Positions 19,694-29,161 of a DNA stretch of 64,000 nucleotides are shown here, piece by piece (position 1 is the stretch's first letter; each line of letters begins with the position of its first letter). This stretch comes from Patescibacteria group bacterium. GTDB taxonomy: Bacteria > Patescibacteriota > Microgenomatia > UBA12405. The translations under genes and the position numbers were made by a program. The stretch covers positions 8,950-72,949 of the forward strand of contig JAHIPV010000009.1 of assembly GCA_018902845.1 (NCBI GenBank), in the 5' to 3' direction. Below the pieces are notes generated by a model. It saw nothing but the letters and a program-made list of their open reading frames with translations, did no database searches and was not told where the DNA came from.

Positions 19694-19939
19694 TTATCGA
19701 TTTAGATAATCAGAAAGGATTTGTTCTAGTTCTTTGATATCCGGATATTGATCAATTAGGATTGGTTTGTTATTAATCAATAGAATGGTTTCTCCCTGTA
19801 TACCTAATTCATAGACTCTATGCATATTGGTAATGTGTTCTGGGTCTCGGTCAATTTGGTAGGATTTACATATAGTTTCTATATCTTTAAATAGTTTTTT
19901 ACCTTTGGATGTGCCTCGATCGTAAAGTTGGATATACAT
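19694..19939 (-). CDS. Small thioredoxin-fold-like protein without CxxC
   Basis: 81 aa; ELGI...LLINNK...YPDIKELEQIL pattern. Confidence 0.55.
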   Translation of the reverse strand: MYIQLYDRGTSKGKKLFKDIETICKSYQIDRDPEHITNMHRVYELGIQGETILLINNKPILIDQYPDIKELEQILSDYLNR

Positions 19940-19991
19940 ATGATTTAAATTCTAAATTCTAATATCTAAATTCTAAACAAATTTCTAAAAT

Positions 19992-20975
19992 TTATTTTTC
20001 CGCTAGTTGGCGGAGTGGTAATCCCGACGAGATCGCCACGTCACTTCGTTCCTCGCGATGACAGGTAGAATTTTGCCAGATTTTGAATACATTGGAAAGG
20101 AGCATGGCAATAGTCATGGGGCCGACACCACCAGGAACAGGGGTGATAAAACTGCAGTTATCTGCAACTGATTTAAAATCGACGTCTCCGACTAATTTGG
20201 AAGTTTGGGGATCTTTGTTTGTACCAACATCAATAACTATAGAATTATTTTTGACATAATCGGCAGTTATGAAATTTGGTTTACCGACAGCCGAAATTAA
20301 AATATCTGCTTTTTGGCAAATTTGAATTAAATTCTTTGTATGAGAATGACAAAGGGTGCAGGTGCAATTTTCTGCGTTTAACAGAGCCAAGAGTGGCAAA
20401 CCAACCTCTAAACTTCTTCCAATAATTACCGCATTTTTACCTGATAAAGAAATTTTATAATTTTTTAGGAGTCTGATAATTCCTAATGCCGTAGCCGGGA
20501 TGATGGCGATAGGATCTTGCTGGAATAATAATCCGAGATTAGTGGAGGTCAGACCGTCAGCGTCTTTGTTTGGATTGATTGAATTTAGAATCTCTAATTT
20601 ATTTAGATATTTTGGTAAAGGAAGCTGGACCATAATGGCGGTAATAGAGGGATCTTGATTGAGTTTTTTAATAAGTTTTATGAGATTCGCTTCGCTAGAT
20701 TCTTCACATTCATTCAGAATGACGGGCTGATTGTCGGAATTGATTTGGTTTGAAAAATTATGAACTTTGGTATTTATGCCTATTTGTTTGGCATTTTTTT
20801 GTTTCATTTCAACATATTTTTTGGAAGCTGGGTCAGAGCCGACTAAAATTATGTCAAGTTTAATATTCGTTTGTCCCCCTGCGGGTGACTGCGCTGACGT
20901 TTGCTTTTTTTTAATATCAGTTTTAAGGGTTTCTAGGATTTTTTGAGATAGTTTTTGACCGTCTAGGATTTGCAT
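19992..20975 (-). CDS. folD: Bifunctional methylenetetrahydrofolate dehydrogenase/cyclohydrolase
   Basis: VQLPLP, KDADG and ITPVPGGVGPMT motifs. Confidence 0.96.
   Translation of the reverse strand: MQILDGQKLSQKILETLKTDIKKKQTSAQSPAGGQTNIKLDIILVGSDPASKKYVEMKQKNAKQIGINTKVHNFSNQINSDNQPVILNECEESSEANLIKLIKKLNQDPSITAIMVQLPLPKYLNKLEILNSINPNKDADGLTSTNLGLLFQQDPIAIIPATALGIIRLLKNYKISLSGKNAVIIGRSLEVGLPLLALLNAENCTCTLCHSHTKNLIQICQKADILISAVGKPNFITADYVKNNSIVIDVGTNKDPQTSKLVGDVDFKSVADNCSFITPVPGGVGPMTIAMLLSNVFKIWQNSTCHREERSDVAISSGLPLRQLAEK
19999..20064. repeat. Palindromic element forming the FolD C-terminal tail
   Basis: Encodes CHREERSDVAISSGLPLRQLAE. Confidence 0.88.
20687..20724. repeat. Solo element, in frame in FolD (VILNECEESSEA)
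   Basis: cgcttcgctagattcttcacattcattcagaatgacg. Confidence 0.85.
20875..20896. repeat. Short hairpin repeat, in frame in FolD (SAQSPAGG)
   Basis: ccccctgcgggtgactgcgctg. Confidence 0.85.
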
Positions 20976-21012
20976 GATTTATTGTAACAGTATGGTTTTT
21001 AATCTCCATAGT

Positions 21013-21167
21013 TTGTCATTCCGACTCCTTCGACTCCGCTCAGGATAAATTCCATGGAGGAATCTCTGAACTTGTTTCAGAAATCCCGCTGTGGCGGGAT
21101 ACCTCAGACAAGCTGAGAGATCCCTCGACTTCGCTCGGGATGACAAGTGCTTCGCTGGCAATGACAA
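21013..21167. repeat. Nested composite palindromic element, intergenic
   Basis: Shares a long internal segment with 44463-44572. Confidence 0.9.
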
Positions 21168-21172
21168 ACATT

Positions 21173-21949
21173 TTATAGTTTGGTTAAGGTTTCGTGACCG
21201 GTGTTGGTAATTAAAACGGTGTGCTCGAATTGAGCCGAAAGGGCATTGTCGATAGTGCGAACCGTCCAACCGTCGTTTTTGTCTATTTCTATTTGCCAAT
21301 TTAAAGAAGCGTTAATCATCGGTTCGACGGTAAAAATCATGCCCGGTTTTAGTATCGGATTTGACGTTGGGTTACTCTTTTTTTCTCGTAGCCAGTGGTG
21401 AAATACAAAAGGTTCTTCGTGAAATTCCAGCCCTACACCATGTCCTCCCAGCTGTCTGACAGAACTAAAGCCAAATTTTGATACGTAGTTTTCTATGGTT
21501 TTGCCGACACAATTATTGAGTAATTTACCTGGTTTTAGGGATTTAATAGCCAGATTCATGACCTTTTTTGTAACATTAATAAGTTTTTGAGTTTGGGGTG
21601 AAATTTTTCCAACCGGAAAAGTAATGGAAGTGTCACCATAAAAACCATTAAGAATAGTGGTAATGTCGATATTTATAATATCTCCTTTTTTTAGGATATC
21701 TTTAGATGAGGGGATGCCATGGCAAACAACGTTGTTAATAGCCACAGAAATACTTTTGGGGAAACCTTTGTAATTTAGAGGAGCTGGAATGGCCTTATTT
21801 TTGATGATAAATTTATGAGCGATCTTGTTTAATTCTTCAGTCGAAATTCCAGGTTTTATATATTTTTTGGTATGAAGTAATATTTTTCTAGCCAATTTAC
21901 AAGATTTCCTGATTTCGTCTATTTGTTTTGGTGTTTTTATAACAATCAC
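21173..21949 (-). CDS. map: Methionine aminopeptidase type I
   Basis: VCHGIP, GHGVG..FHEEP and SAQFEHT motifs. Confidence 0.97.
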   Translation of the reverse strand: MIVIKTPKQIDEIRKSCKLARKILLHTKKYIKPGISTEELNKIAHKFIIKNKAIPAPLNYKGFPKSISVAINNVVCHGIPSSKDILKKGDIINIDITTILNGFYGDTSITFPVGKISPQTQKLINVTKKVMNLAIKSLKPGKLLNNCVGKTIENYVSKFGFSSVRQLGGHGVGLEFHEEPFVFHHWLREKKSNPTSNPILKPGMIFTVEPMINASLNWQIEIDKNDGWTVRTIDNALSAQFEHTVLITNTGHETLTKL

Positions 21950-21989
21950 TGGTTGAATTATACTATTTTGGTGATATAATTATTTGTAT

Positions 21990-22262
21990 ATGCGAAGACT
22001 AAGAATACCGGTGAAAGGATTTAATGAAAGATGGACGGCTGTTGGAATAGTTGCTTCTGATACAGGTGGTATGTATCCCATATTGAGATACAGTCATGCA
22101 CCAAAACTGGGCGGTGTAGGAGCAGCAATGGATATCAAAGGTGTAAAAGAGTTGATAAGACAAGGCAATGGTTTGCTGCCTGTAGCACGAAGAGGGGGCT
22201 TAGTTACCAAAAGAAAGGCAGACTTGGGAGATGTCAAGAAGAGCGAAGCCCTGGTGTTTTAA
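21990..22262 (+). CDS. Orphan hypothetical protein overlapping the 3' end of the oxidoreductase beta gene
   Basis: TATAAT at 21975-21980 then ATG 21990. Confidence 0.45.
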   Translation: MRRLRIPVKGFNERWTAVGIVASDTGGMYPILRYSHAPKLGGVGAAMDIKGVKELIRQGNGLLPVARRGGLVTKRKADLGDVKKSEALVF

Positions 22263-22820
22263 TGTTTTTGTAATTTTTTTGAATAATTTTGACGGATTTT
22301 TTGAATCAACATTTTCGACTAATATAGATGAATTGACGTTTTTTAACAGAGGAACAGGATCGATTGGTTTTAGGGCATAACCAAATGGTGTTGATTTTGT
22401 TTTTGTACCTGTTTTGGTGGTCGGACTAGCTTGTCCAGTGGTCAAACTGTAAAGATGGTTATTGGCAACAAAAACTTTGATGTCATAATTAGCACGAACA
22501 GCAGTAATTAAATGATTGAGACCTTCTCCGTAAGCTCCCCCATCCCCTACTACAACCACAACCGTTAATTTTGGGTTAGCCAATTTAACACCAATGGCGG
22601 TAGGAATAGCCCGACCATGAAGTGAATGAATTCTGTAAGTATTTAAGAAATTGGATATATTGCCGGCACAACCGATATCAGAAACGACCACTATGTTGTG
22701 ATTGGGAATTTTTAATTTAGCAAAGGCTTGTTGAAGACCGGTTAAAAGAAGAAAATTGGGACAGCCCGGACACCAAGTAGGAACTACCTTAGATTTATAA
22801 TTGTAAATTTGGTTTTTCAT
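22200..22820 (-). CDS. 2-oxoacid:ferredoxin oxidoreductase beta subunit (short)
   Basis: WCPGC, HGRA, GDG and TTGQASPT motifs. Confidence 0.92.
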   Translation of the reverse strand: MKNQIYNYKSKVVPTWCPGCPNFLLLTGLQQAFAKLKIPNHNIVVVSDIGCAGNISNFLNTYRIHSLHGRAIPTAIGVKLANPKLTVVVVVGDGGAYGEGLNHLITAVRANYDIKVFVANNHLYSLTTGQASPTTKTGTKTKSTPFGYALKPIDPVPLLKNVNSSILVENVDSKNPSKLFKKITKTLKHQGFALLDISQVCLSFGN

Positions 22821-24535
22821 TTTAATTTTTTAATTAACTCTTCTGGGAAGAAGGGTCGACCGTTGAATTTTAAAATAGTGGCAGTTGGGCTGAAACTGAA
22901 AAGCGACTTGAGTAAAAACCCTAGCCGTGAAGTTTGACTGTTTTCTATGATAATAGTTTTTTTGTATTTTTTGATTGTTTTTTTTATAGAATCATGAAGA
23001 GGCCAAAGAGTTCTTATTTGTAAAAAGGCAAAATTGTCTAGTTTTTTTAGGGCCTCTAAAATAATACCCTTGTTAGAACCCCAGGAAATAATAAGGCTGT
23101 CGGCTTGTTTATTGCCAAAAAGTCTTGGTTTTGGAGCCAATATCTTGGCAGTTTTTAACTTTTTGGCCCTTTTTTGTTGCATTTTGACAGCAACAATTGA
23201 ATCATCAGATGAAAAACCGAATTGGTTATGCTCGGAACTATTGGCTAAAAACTGGCCATTAGTTGTACCCGGCAGGCAACGGGGAGATACTCCTGACCGC
23301 GTAATCCAATTGTAGCGTTTAAAATTTTTTGTAACTGAATTTAAAATTTTGCCACGATTTACTATGACTTTCTCTTTTGATAAATCTGTAGTTGAAGCAC
23401 TGGATTCGGCAATGAATTTGTCGCTTAAAACAATAATTGGCGTCTGTAATTGATCAGCAAGATTCAGTCCGATATTGGCAAAATCAAAACTTTCCTGCTG
23501 ATCGCCGGGAGCGATTACAACTTTAGGGAATTCACCGTGTCCGGAAAAAATAGCATAAAGCAGGTCAGATTGACTGGTCCAAGTCGGCATACCGGTAGCG
23601 GGACCGGGGCGAGAAACCAGATAATAAAGCATGCCGATTTCACTCATTCCGCAAAAGGAAACAGTTTCGTTCATCAAAGCAAAACCTCCACCGGAAGTAC
23701 CAACTGCTGATCTGGCGCCGGCAAAAGCGGCGCCTGCGCTTAAACTGGCGGTGGCTATTTCATCTTCTGGGTGAACAACCGTAATGTTGTAATCTTTGGC
23801 CCTAGAGGCTAAAAAGTGAAGTGTCCCGCTTGATGGGGTCATGGGGTAGGCGGCATAAAAATTTCCTTTACCTTGTAAAAACCCGTAAGCAAAAGCTTGG
23901 TTGCCATCATTAAAACTAGTTAATCTTCCCCCTGCGGATGACTGTGCTTTCGCTTGGTTCGCTTGTTTGGGGATTTTTAGGGTTTGTTGATATTGTTTCA
24001 AATTTTGCTGAGCGTAAATATAACCGATATCAAAAGCGATCAAATTAGTTTTTGTGTTTTTTGAAAAAACTTTTGAAATAAGTGATGTAGCCTGACTTTT
24101 GTCTTGATTTAGAAGAAAAGCTATGATTCCGAAACAAATAATATTAGCGGACAAAGGATTACCAGCTTGAGAAGAAAGTTGAGAAAGTGGCAAATTGATA
24201 AATTTGCCTTTTGAAACTGGATTTTTTTTGTCTGAAAATACAAGAGTGTTTGGGTGAAATTCGTTTTGATGCTGTCGGCAGTGGCCCGGTTTTAACGAGA
24301 AAAAGTAATCTATTTTTTGGTGGGGAGCGTGAACTTTTTGGTATCCGTAGGTGGCTTGATATGTGTTGTGTCCGCCACGAACAAGTGATGGATATTCTGT
24401 ATAATCATGAAAATAAAAACCTAAGGATTGGAAAAATTTTGAAAATAGTTGACCGCCTGATTTGATGCCCATACCTGCCGGACCGGCAAGTTTGATGGAA
24501 AAGTCTTCTTTTATCATTTTGTTTGATTTTAACAT
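22817..24535 (-). CDS. 2-oxoacid:ferredoxin oxidoreductase alpha subunit (gamma-alpha fusion)
   Basis: EYPSLVRGGH, YPMTP, TSGGGF and RPGPATG motifs. Confidence 0.93.
   Translation of the reverse strand: MLKSNKMIKEDFSIKLAGPAGMGIKSGGQLFSKFFQSLGFYFHDYTEYPSLVRGGHNTYQATYGYQKVHAPHQKIDYFFSLKPGHCRQHQNEFHPNTLVFSDKKNPVSKGKFINLPLSQLSSQAGNPLSANIICFGIIAFLLNQDKSQATSLISKVFSKNTKTNLIAFDIGYIYAQQNLKQYQQTLKIPKQANQAKAQSSAGGRLTSFNDGNQAFAYGFLQGKGNFYAAYPMTPSSGTLHFLASRAKDYNITVVHPEDEIATASLSAGAAFAGARSAVGTSGGGFALMNETVSFCGMSEIGMLYYLVSRPGPATGMPTWTSQSDLLYAIFSGHGEFPKVVIAPGDQQESFDFANIGLNLADQLQTPIIVLSDKFIAESSASTTDLSKEKVIVNRGKILNSVTKNFKRYNWITRSGVSPRCLPGTTNGQFLANSSEHNQFGFSSDDSIVAVKMQQKRAKKLKTAKILAPKPRLFGNKQADSLIISWGSNKGIILEALKKLDNFAFLQIRTLWPLHDSIKKTIKKYKKTIIIENSQTSRLGFLLKSLFSFSPTATILKFNGRPFFPEELIKKLK
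23928..23948. repeat. Short hairpin repeat, in frame (AQSSAGG)
   Basis: ccccctgcggatgactgtgc. Confidence 0.75.
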
Positions 24536-24551
24536 CCCAACGGAATTGTTT

Positions 24552-24658
24552 CGTCATTCTGAGCGGGAGCGAAGAATCCCAAAGTGAGTTTTGATTCCTA
24601 TGGGATCCTTCGGTCGTAAGACTTACTCAGGATGACGGGGGTGTATTCAGGATGACGG
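24552..24658. repeat. Paired palindromic element with a stuttered end, intergenic
   Basis: Spacer conserved with the copy at 30118. Confidence 0.9.
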
Positions 24659-24670
24659 ATGGCAAGTTGT

Positions 24671-26401
24671 TTAATCTTTTCGTGATTGGAGTTGCCAGAA
24701 ACGGGAGTAAAGACTGTCAGGGTTTTTTAGAAGCTGGTAATGAGAACCAATTTCTTTTATTTTCCCATGCTTCATAACAACAATTTTTTCAGCTTTGATA
24801 ACAGTAGAAAGACGATGAGCAATAATAAGGGTGGTTTTGTTTTTGGTAGCTTTCCAAAAAGCATCCTGAATTTGTTTTTCCAAGACAGAATCAAGTTGGG
24901 AAGTGGCTTCATCAAAAATAACAATATCGGGATTTGACAAAATCATTCGGGCAATGGCCAATCGTTGTTTTTGACCTCCGGAAAGTTTAACACCCCTTTC
25001 CCCTACCCTGGTTTTATATTTCTTTGGCAAGGTTGAAATAAAATTGTGTAAATTGGCCATTTTGGCGGCAGAAACAACTTCTTTTTGGGTTGTTTTGTCT
25101 CTGCCATAAGCAATGTTGTAGGCAATGCTGTTGTTAAACATAATTGGTTCTTGTGGCACTACCCCTATGAAAGATCGAAGTTGATTTTTGCTAAATTTTT
25201 TTATATTAATGTTATCCAATAATATTTCTCCTTTATCCGGATCATAAAAACGCATCAAAAGCTTGATTAGGGTAGTTTTTCCCACTCCGGAACGGCCAAC
25301 AAAAGCAATAGATTGACCCTGCCGAATTTTTAAATTTATATTTTTGACGGCTTTTTTGGTGGTTTCCGGATATGTAAAAGAGAGATTTTTGAATTCGATT
25401 TCTCCTGTGGCCGATATTTTTTTGACCGGATTAACCGGATCTTTGACTAGAGTATCTTTGTCTAAAACTGAAAAATATTTCTTTAGATCGGTTTGGTCTT
25501 TGGCAATATTTCGAAATTGATAAACCAATTCAAAAAAATTCTCATAAAAAACGGTAATAAAACCAAAAATCATTAGATATTCTCCCGGTGAAATAATGGA
25601 ATTTGTTAATTGTTTTAAAGCAACTAACAATGTTAAAAAAAGCATCAGATTGCCCAAGATACCAACCGTTACTCCTATAACTCTGAAAGAATTGGCAAAA
25701 TTCCAAAACTTTTTCATCCAAGTAATATAGAGATTCTTTAATCTTTTTAACTCCCATGTTTCTTTGGCAAAGAGTTTGACTGTTTCAAAATTAATAAGAT
25801 TATCGACTATTGCATGAGAAAGACGGTCTTCTTCTTTATTAAACTCCCGTCTTGTTTTTATGTTGTGCCTAATTAATAAACGAGCCAGGAATATATTTCC
25901 AATAAATGACAGAATTAAAAAAATCGAGATTTGCCAATTGATATTAAAAAAGAAAAAAAGGACAACAAAAAATTTTATTGCTATTCTGGTTAATCTTATA
26001 TTGATACTATGGTGAAAACTCCAAAATGCGTTGTCTCCTCTTTTTATAGCGCTAATAAGTGAACCGGTGCTTTTGCTTAAGTGGAAAGCAAAGTCCAAAT
26101 CTTGGATTTTTTTGAAAACTGTTAATCTGGCATCTCTGACCGCAAGGGAAAGAAACTTGTCTCCCAACCAATAAGTGAGATTGTCAAAAAGCAGGCTTAA
26201 TAAACGAATAAAAACAAATAATATTAATGTTTTGAAAAGTATTTCAAAATTTTGACTCGAAATGTTATCAGTGAAAAGTTTTAGGAAATAAGGTTGGATA
26301 CTTTCGGTAATACTAAGACCGATTAGGGCGAAAAGAAAAAGAAAGAATTGTTTCTTGTAGCGAAAAATGAAGCGGTAGTAATTTTTGTAAACTTTGAACA
26401 T
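24671..26401 (-). CDS. ABC exporter, fused TMD-NBD (Atm1/MsbA-like)
   Basis: GRSGVGKT, LSGGQ and DEATS motifs. Confidence 0.93.
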   Translation of the reverse strand: MFKVYKNYYRFIFRYKKQFFLFLFALIGLSITESIQPYFLKLFTDNISSQNFEILFKTLILFVFIRLLSLLFDNLTYWLGDKFLSLAVRDARLTVFKKIQDLDFAFHLSKSTGSLISAIKRGDNAFWSFHHSINIRLTRIAIKFFVVLFFFFNINWQISIFLILSFIGNIFLARLLIRHNIKTRREFNKEEDRLSHAIVDNLINFETVKLFAKETWELKRLKNLYITWMKKFWNFANSFRVIGVTVGILGNLMLFLTLLVALKQLTNSIISPGEYLMIFGFITVFYENFFELVYQFRNIAKDQTDLKKYFSVLDKDTLVKDPVNPVKKISATGEIEFKNLSFTYPETTKKAVKNINLKIRQGQSIAFVGRSGVGKTTLIKLLMRFYDPDKGEILLDNINIKKFSKNQLRSFIGVVPQEPIMFNNSIAYNIAYGRDKTTQKEVVSAAKMANLHNFISTLPKKYKTRVGERGVKLSGGQKQRLAIARMILSNPDIVIFDEATSQLDSVLEKQIQDAFWKATKNKTTLIIAHRLSTVIKAEKIVVMKHGKIKEIGSHYQLLKNPDSLYSRFWQLQSRKD

Positions 26402-26476
26402 AAGTTAGATATAAAATGTACTTTTGATAATATCATTGTTTTAGATATTTTTTGGAACGTAATAAATTTTTTGAAT

Positions 26477-27670
26477 TTAAACGTACTTTGAATTTTTTAG
26501 TTTGTCTGGTAGCAAATTGGTGTTTTTATCTGGATATTTTTTATAGCCTTTGCCATATCCGATTTCTTTCATCAGTTTAGTTGGAGCATTGCGTAAATTA
26601 AGCGGAATGGGAAGATTGCCAAAGTTTTTTACATCTTCTTGGGCGGAACGGAGGGCGTCGTAGCAGGAGCGATTTTTGGGGCTTTTGGCTAAATAGATAA
26701 CAGCATGGGCCAAATTGATAGCACACTCGGGATAACCAATTTTTTCAACAGCTTGAAAAGTTTGATTAGCAAGCATGAGAGCTGATGAATTGGCAATACC
26801 TATATCCTCTGAAGCAAAAATAATCATACGGCGGGCAATGAATTTTGGATCCTCTCCTGCGTCAACCATTCTGGCAAGGTAGTAAATGGCGGCATTACAA
26901 TCAGAAGCCCGCATGGATTTTATAAAAGCTGAAATGGTGTTGTAATGCTCCTCCCCTTTTTTATCAAAACGCAGAAACTTGTTTTGAAGAGTTGAAACAA
27001 AATTTTTTAGACTAAGATCGTTATAAAGGGTAAAAGTATTGTCAATCATGGTAATGGTTTGACGGGCGTCACCATTGGCCATTTGGATCAACCAGTCCCT
27101 GGCTGGTTTGGTTATTTTTATAGATTTTGCAGTAGCCGAATGACGGTTTATTTCTGAAATTACTCGATTTATGATTTGACCTATTTCTTTGTCAGAAAGC
27201 TGATTTAAAATAAAAACCCGACAACGAGAAAGAAGTGGAGAAATAATTTCAAAACTGGGATTTTCGGTAGTGGCACCAATTAAAGTGAGTTGACCTGACT
27301 CAACATAAGGCAAGAGAAAATCCTGCTGAGCCTTGTTAAACCGGTGGATTTCATCCAAAAATAATACTTTTGAAATGAGAGACGGCTGTGAAACCTGGTC
27401 TGAATTTAATATTTTTTTGATATCGTTTTTTCCGGCTGAAACAGCTGAAAGCTGATGGATTTGAACACCCGCATTTTTGGCCAAAATTTTGGCTAAGGTG
27501 GTCTTGCCTACTCCCGGCGGTCCCCAAAAAATCAGGGAAAATAAAAGTTGTTTGTCGTAAACGATACGGATAGGTTTATCAAGTCCAACTAAGTGTGATT
27601 GTCCTATAAATTCGTCTAAATTTTTGGGGCGGATTAAATCGGCCAAGGGCTGATGAGTATTGAGAGGCAT
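26477..27670 (-). CDS. rarA: Replication-associated recombination protein A (MgsA)
   Basis: WGPPGVGKTT, DEIHRFNKAQQD and ASEDIG motifs. Confidence 0.95.
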   Translation of the reverse strand: MPLNTHQPLADLIRPKNLDEFIGQSHLVGLDKPIRIVYDKQLLFSLIFWGPPGVGKTTLAKILAKNAGVQIHQLSAVSAGKNDIKKILNSDQVSQPSLISKVLFLDEIHRFNKAQQDFLLPYVESGQLTLIGATTENPSFEIISPLLSRCRVFILNQLSDKEIGQIINRVISEINRHSATAKSIKITKPARDWLIQMANGDARQTITMIDNTFTLYNDLSLKNFVSTLQNKFLRFDKKGEEHYNTISAFIKSMRASDCNAAIYYLARMVDAGEDPKFIARRMIIFASEDIGIANSSALMLANQTFQAVEKIGYPECAINLAHAVIYLAKSPKNRSCYDALRSAQEDVKNFGNLPIPLNLRNAPTKLMKEIGYGKGYKKYPDKNTNLLPDKLKNSKYV

Positions 27671-27723
27671 TGATTAGTTTAGCATGGAGTTTGGTAAATA
27701 TTCGGGTGAGGTATAATCCCTCT

Positions 27724-28644
27724 ATGGATATTTACTACAAGTCAGTCAACGACAAGGAGCTAAAGTCTATAGAACAGACAAGAAAGGGAGTATGGATTGA
27801 TTTTCAAAATATTTCCAAAAAAGATTTAAAGCAAATTGTTTTACTAACAGGTCTCAAGCACGAAGATGTGGATGATGCCTTGGATAGGTTTGAATTGCCA
27901 AGAATCGAAAAAAGAGGTGGCAATATTATAATTTTTTTGAGAGTTCTTGACGATAATCCGAACGACCGGGTGACTGAAACCTTTGTTGTCATTTTGACTG
28001 ATGAAATACTTATTACGGCTTGTACAGGAGAAAACGAATTGGTAAAAAGAATGCTTGAAAGAAAAGACGAGGACTTAAATACTACCCAAAAATCGAAATT
28101 GCTTTTGCAAATTTTGTCAGAATTGTCCCGAGATTACACCAAAGAAATAAAAAACATTAATAACCAAGTATTAAAGCAAAGAAAGGAAATTGAACAAGCT
28201 GATGAAAGCGACATAAAAAGACTTTTGATAAATGAAGAAAAACTAAATCAGTTGTTGTCTTCGCTGATACCGACAAAGAATGTTTTTGAGGCCATTATTC
28301 AGAAAAAATATGTCAGGTTTTATGAGTACGACAGAGATTTGTTTGAGGATGTTTTTATAAATATTAAACAATCAGTTGATACTTGTTTGGTTAATTTAAA
28401 AAGTGTGATCAGTATCAGGAGCGCTTATCAGACAATTGACAGCAATAGATTAAACCAGACAATGAAACTGCTGACTTCATTTACGATTATATTGACAATT
28501 CCGACGATATTGTCGAGTTTTTACGGAATGAATGTAAAACTGCCAGTTGATCAAAATCCGTTAGCTTGGTTGTTTTTGATGGGACTGGCTATTTTTGTGT
28601 CCTTACTGACTTATGCGGTTTTTAGATTAAAGAGGTGGTTGTAA
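27724..28644 (+). CDS. corA: CorA-family Mg2+ transporter
   Basis: YGMN motif, two C-terminal TM helices; start at ATG 27724. Confidence 0.92.
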   Translation: MDIYYKSVNDKELKSIEQTRKGVWIDFQNISKKDLKQIVLLTGLKHEDVDDALDRFELPRIEKRGGNIIIFLRVLDDNPNDRVTETFVVILTDEILITACTGENELVKRMLERKDEDLNTTQKSKLLLQILSELSRDYTKEIKNINNQVLKQRKEIEQADESDIKRLLINEEKLNQLLSSLIPTKNVFEAIIQKKYVRFYEYDRDLFEDVFINIKQSVDTCLVNLKSVISIRSAYQTIDSNRLNQTMKLLTSFTIILTIPTILSSFYGMNVKLPVDQNPLAWLFLMGLAIFVSLLTYAVFRLKRWL

Positions 28645-28697
28645 AATTAGCTAGTTGATTTTTTCCAAAGAATTTAAGATTTTTGAGATTTGTCTTT

Positions 28698-29000
28698 TTA
28701 GTTTTGGAAGGTCTTTTTTTCATAGATAACTTTTTGCTCTTTTAATATGATATCTCTTAGCAATGGATGGATGGATTTGTATGTTAGAAGATCGACTTTT
28801 TTTCCCAATTCGTCTTCCAGGGCGAACTGTAATCTAACCAAGTCAAGCAAGCTCTTTCCATCCTCAAGTTCAACCAACAAGTCAATATCGCTGGTATTTT
28901 TTGCTTCTTTTCTGACCACAGAACCAAAGAGAGCAGCCTTTAACGCCCCTTGAGATTTTAGAATGGGAGTAATCTTATTGCTAATATCTTGGATTGTCAT
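28698..29000 (-). CDS. Minimal nucleotidyltransferase (MNT antitoxin-like), no HEPN partner
   Basis: LFGS...SDIDLLV...KVDL. Confidence 0.9.
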   Translation of the reverse strand: MTIQDISNKITPILKSQGALKAALFGSVVRKEAKNTSDIDLLVELEDGKSLLDLVRLQFALEDELGKKVDLLTYKSIHPLLRDIILKEQKVIYEKKTFQN

Positions 29001-29082
29001 GATTAAATTTTAGCACGAAAGAAAGAAGAGATAGACATTAATGAGATTGGGCGGAGAATGTAAAATGTAAGATTGATTCCAA

Positions 29083-29120
29083 CGGGATTGCTACGTCGTG
29101 AGATTCCTCGCAATGACAGC
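29083..29120. repeat. Solo palindromic element, intergenic
   Basis: gggattgctacgtcgtgagattcctcgcaatgac. Confidence 0.85.
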
Positions 29121-29161
29121 AAAGGTTTTGGGGTTGGAGTTGGGTTGGAGTTGGGTTAGAG

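Noticed and set aside
20979-21299. 106-aa ORF
   Set aside because: Mostly a translation of the intergenic palindromic element plus an alternative frame of map
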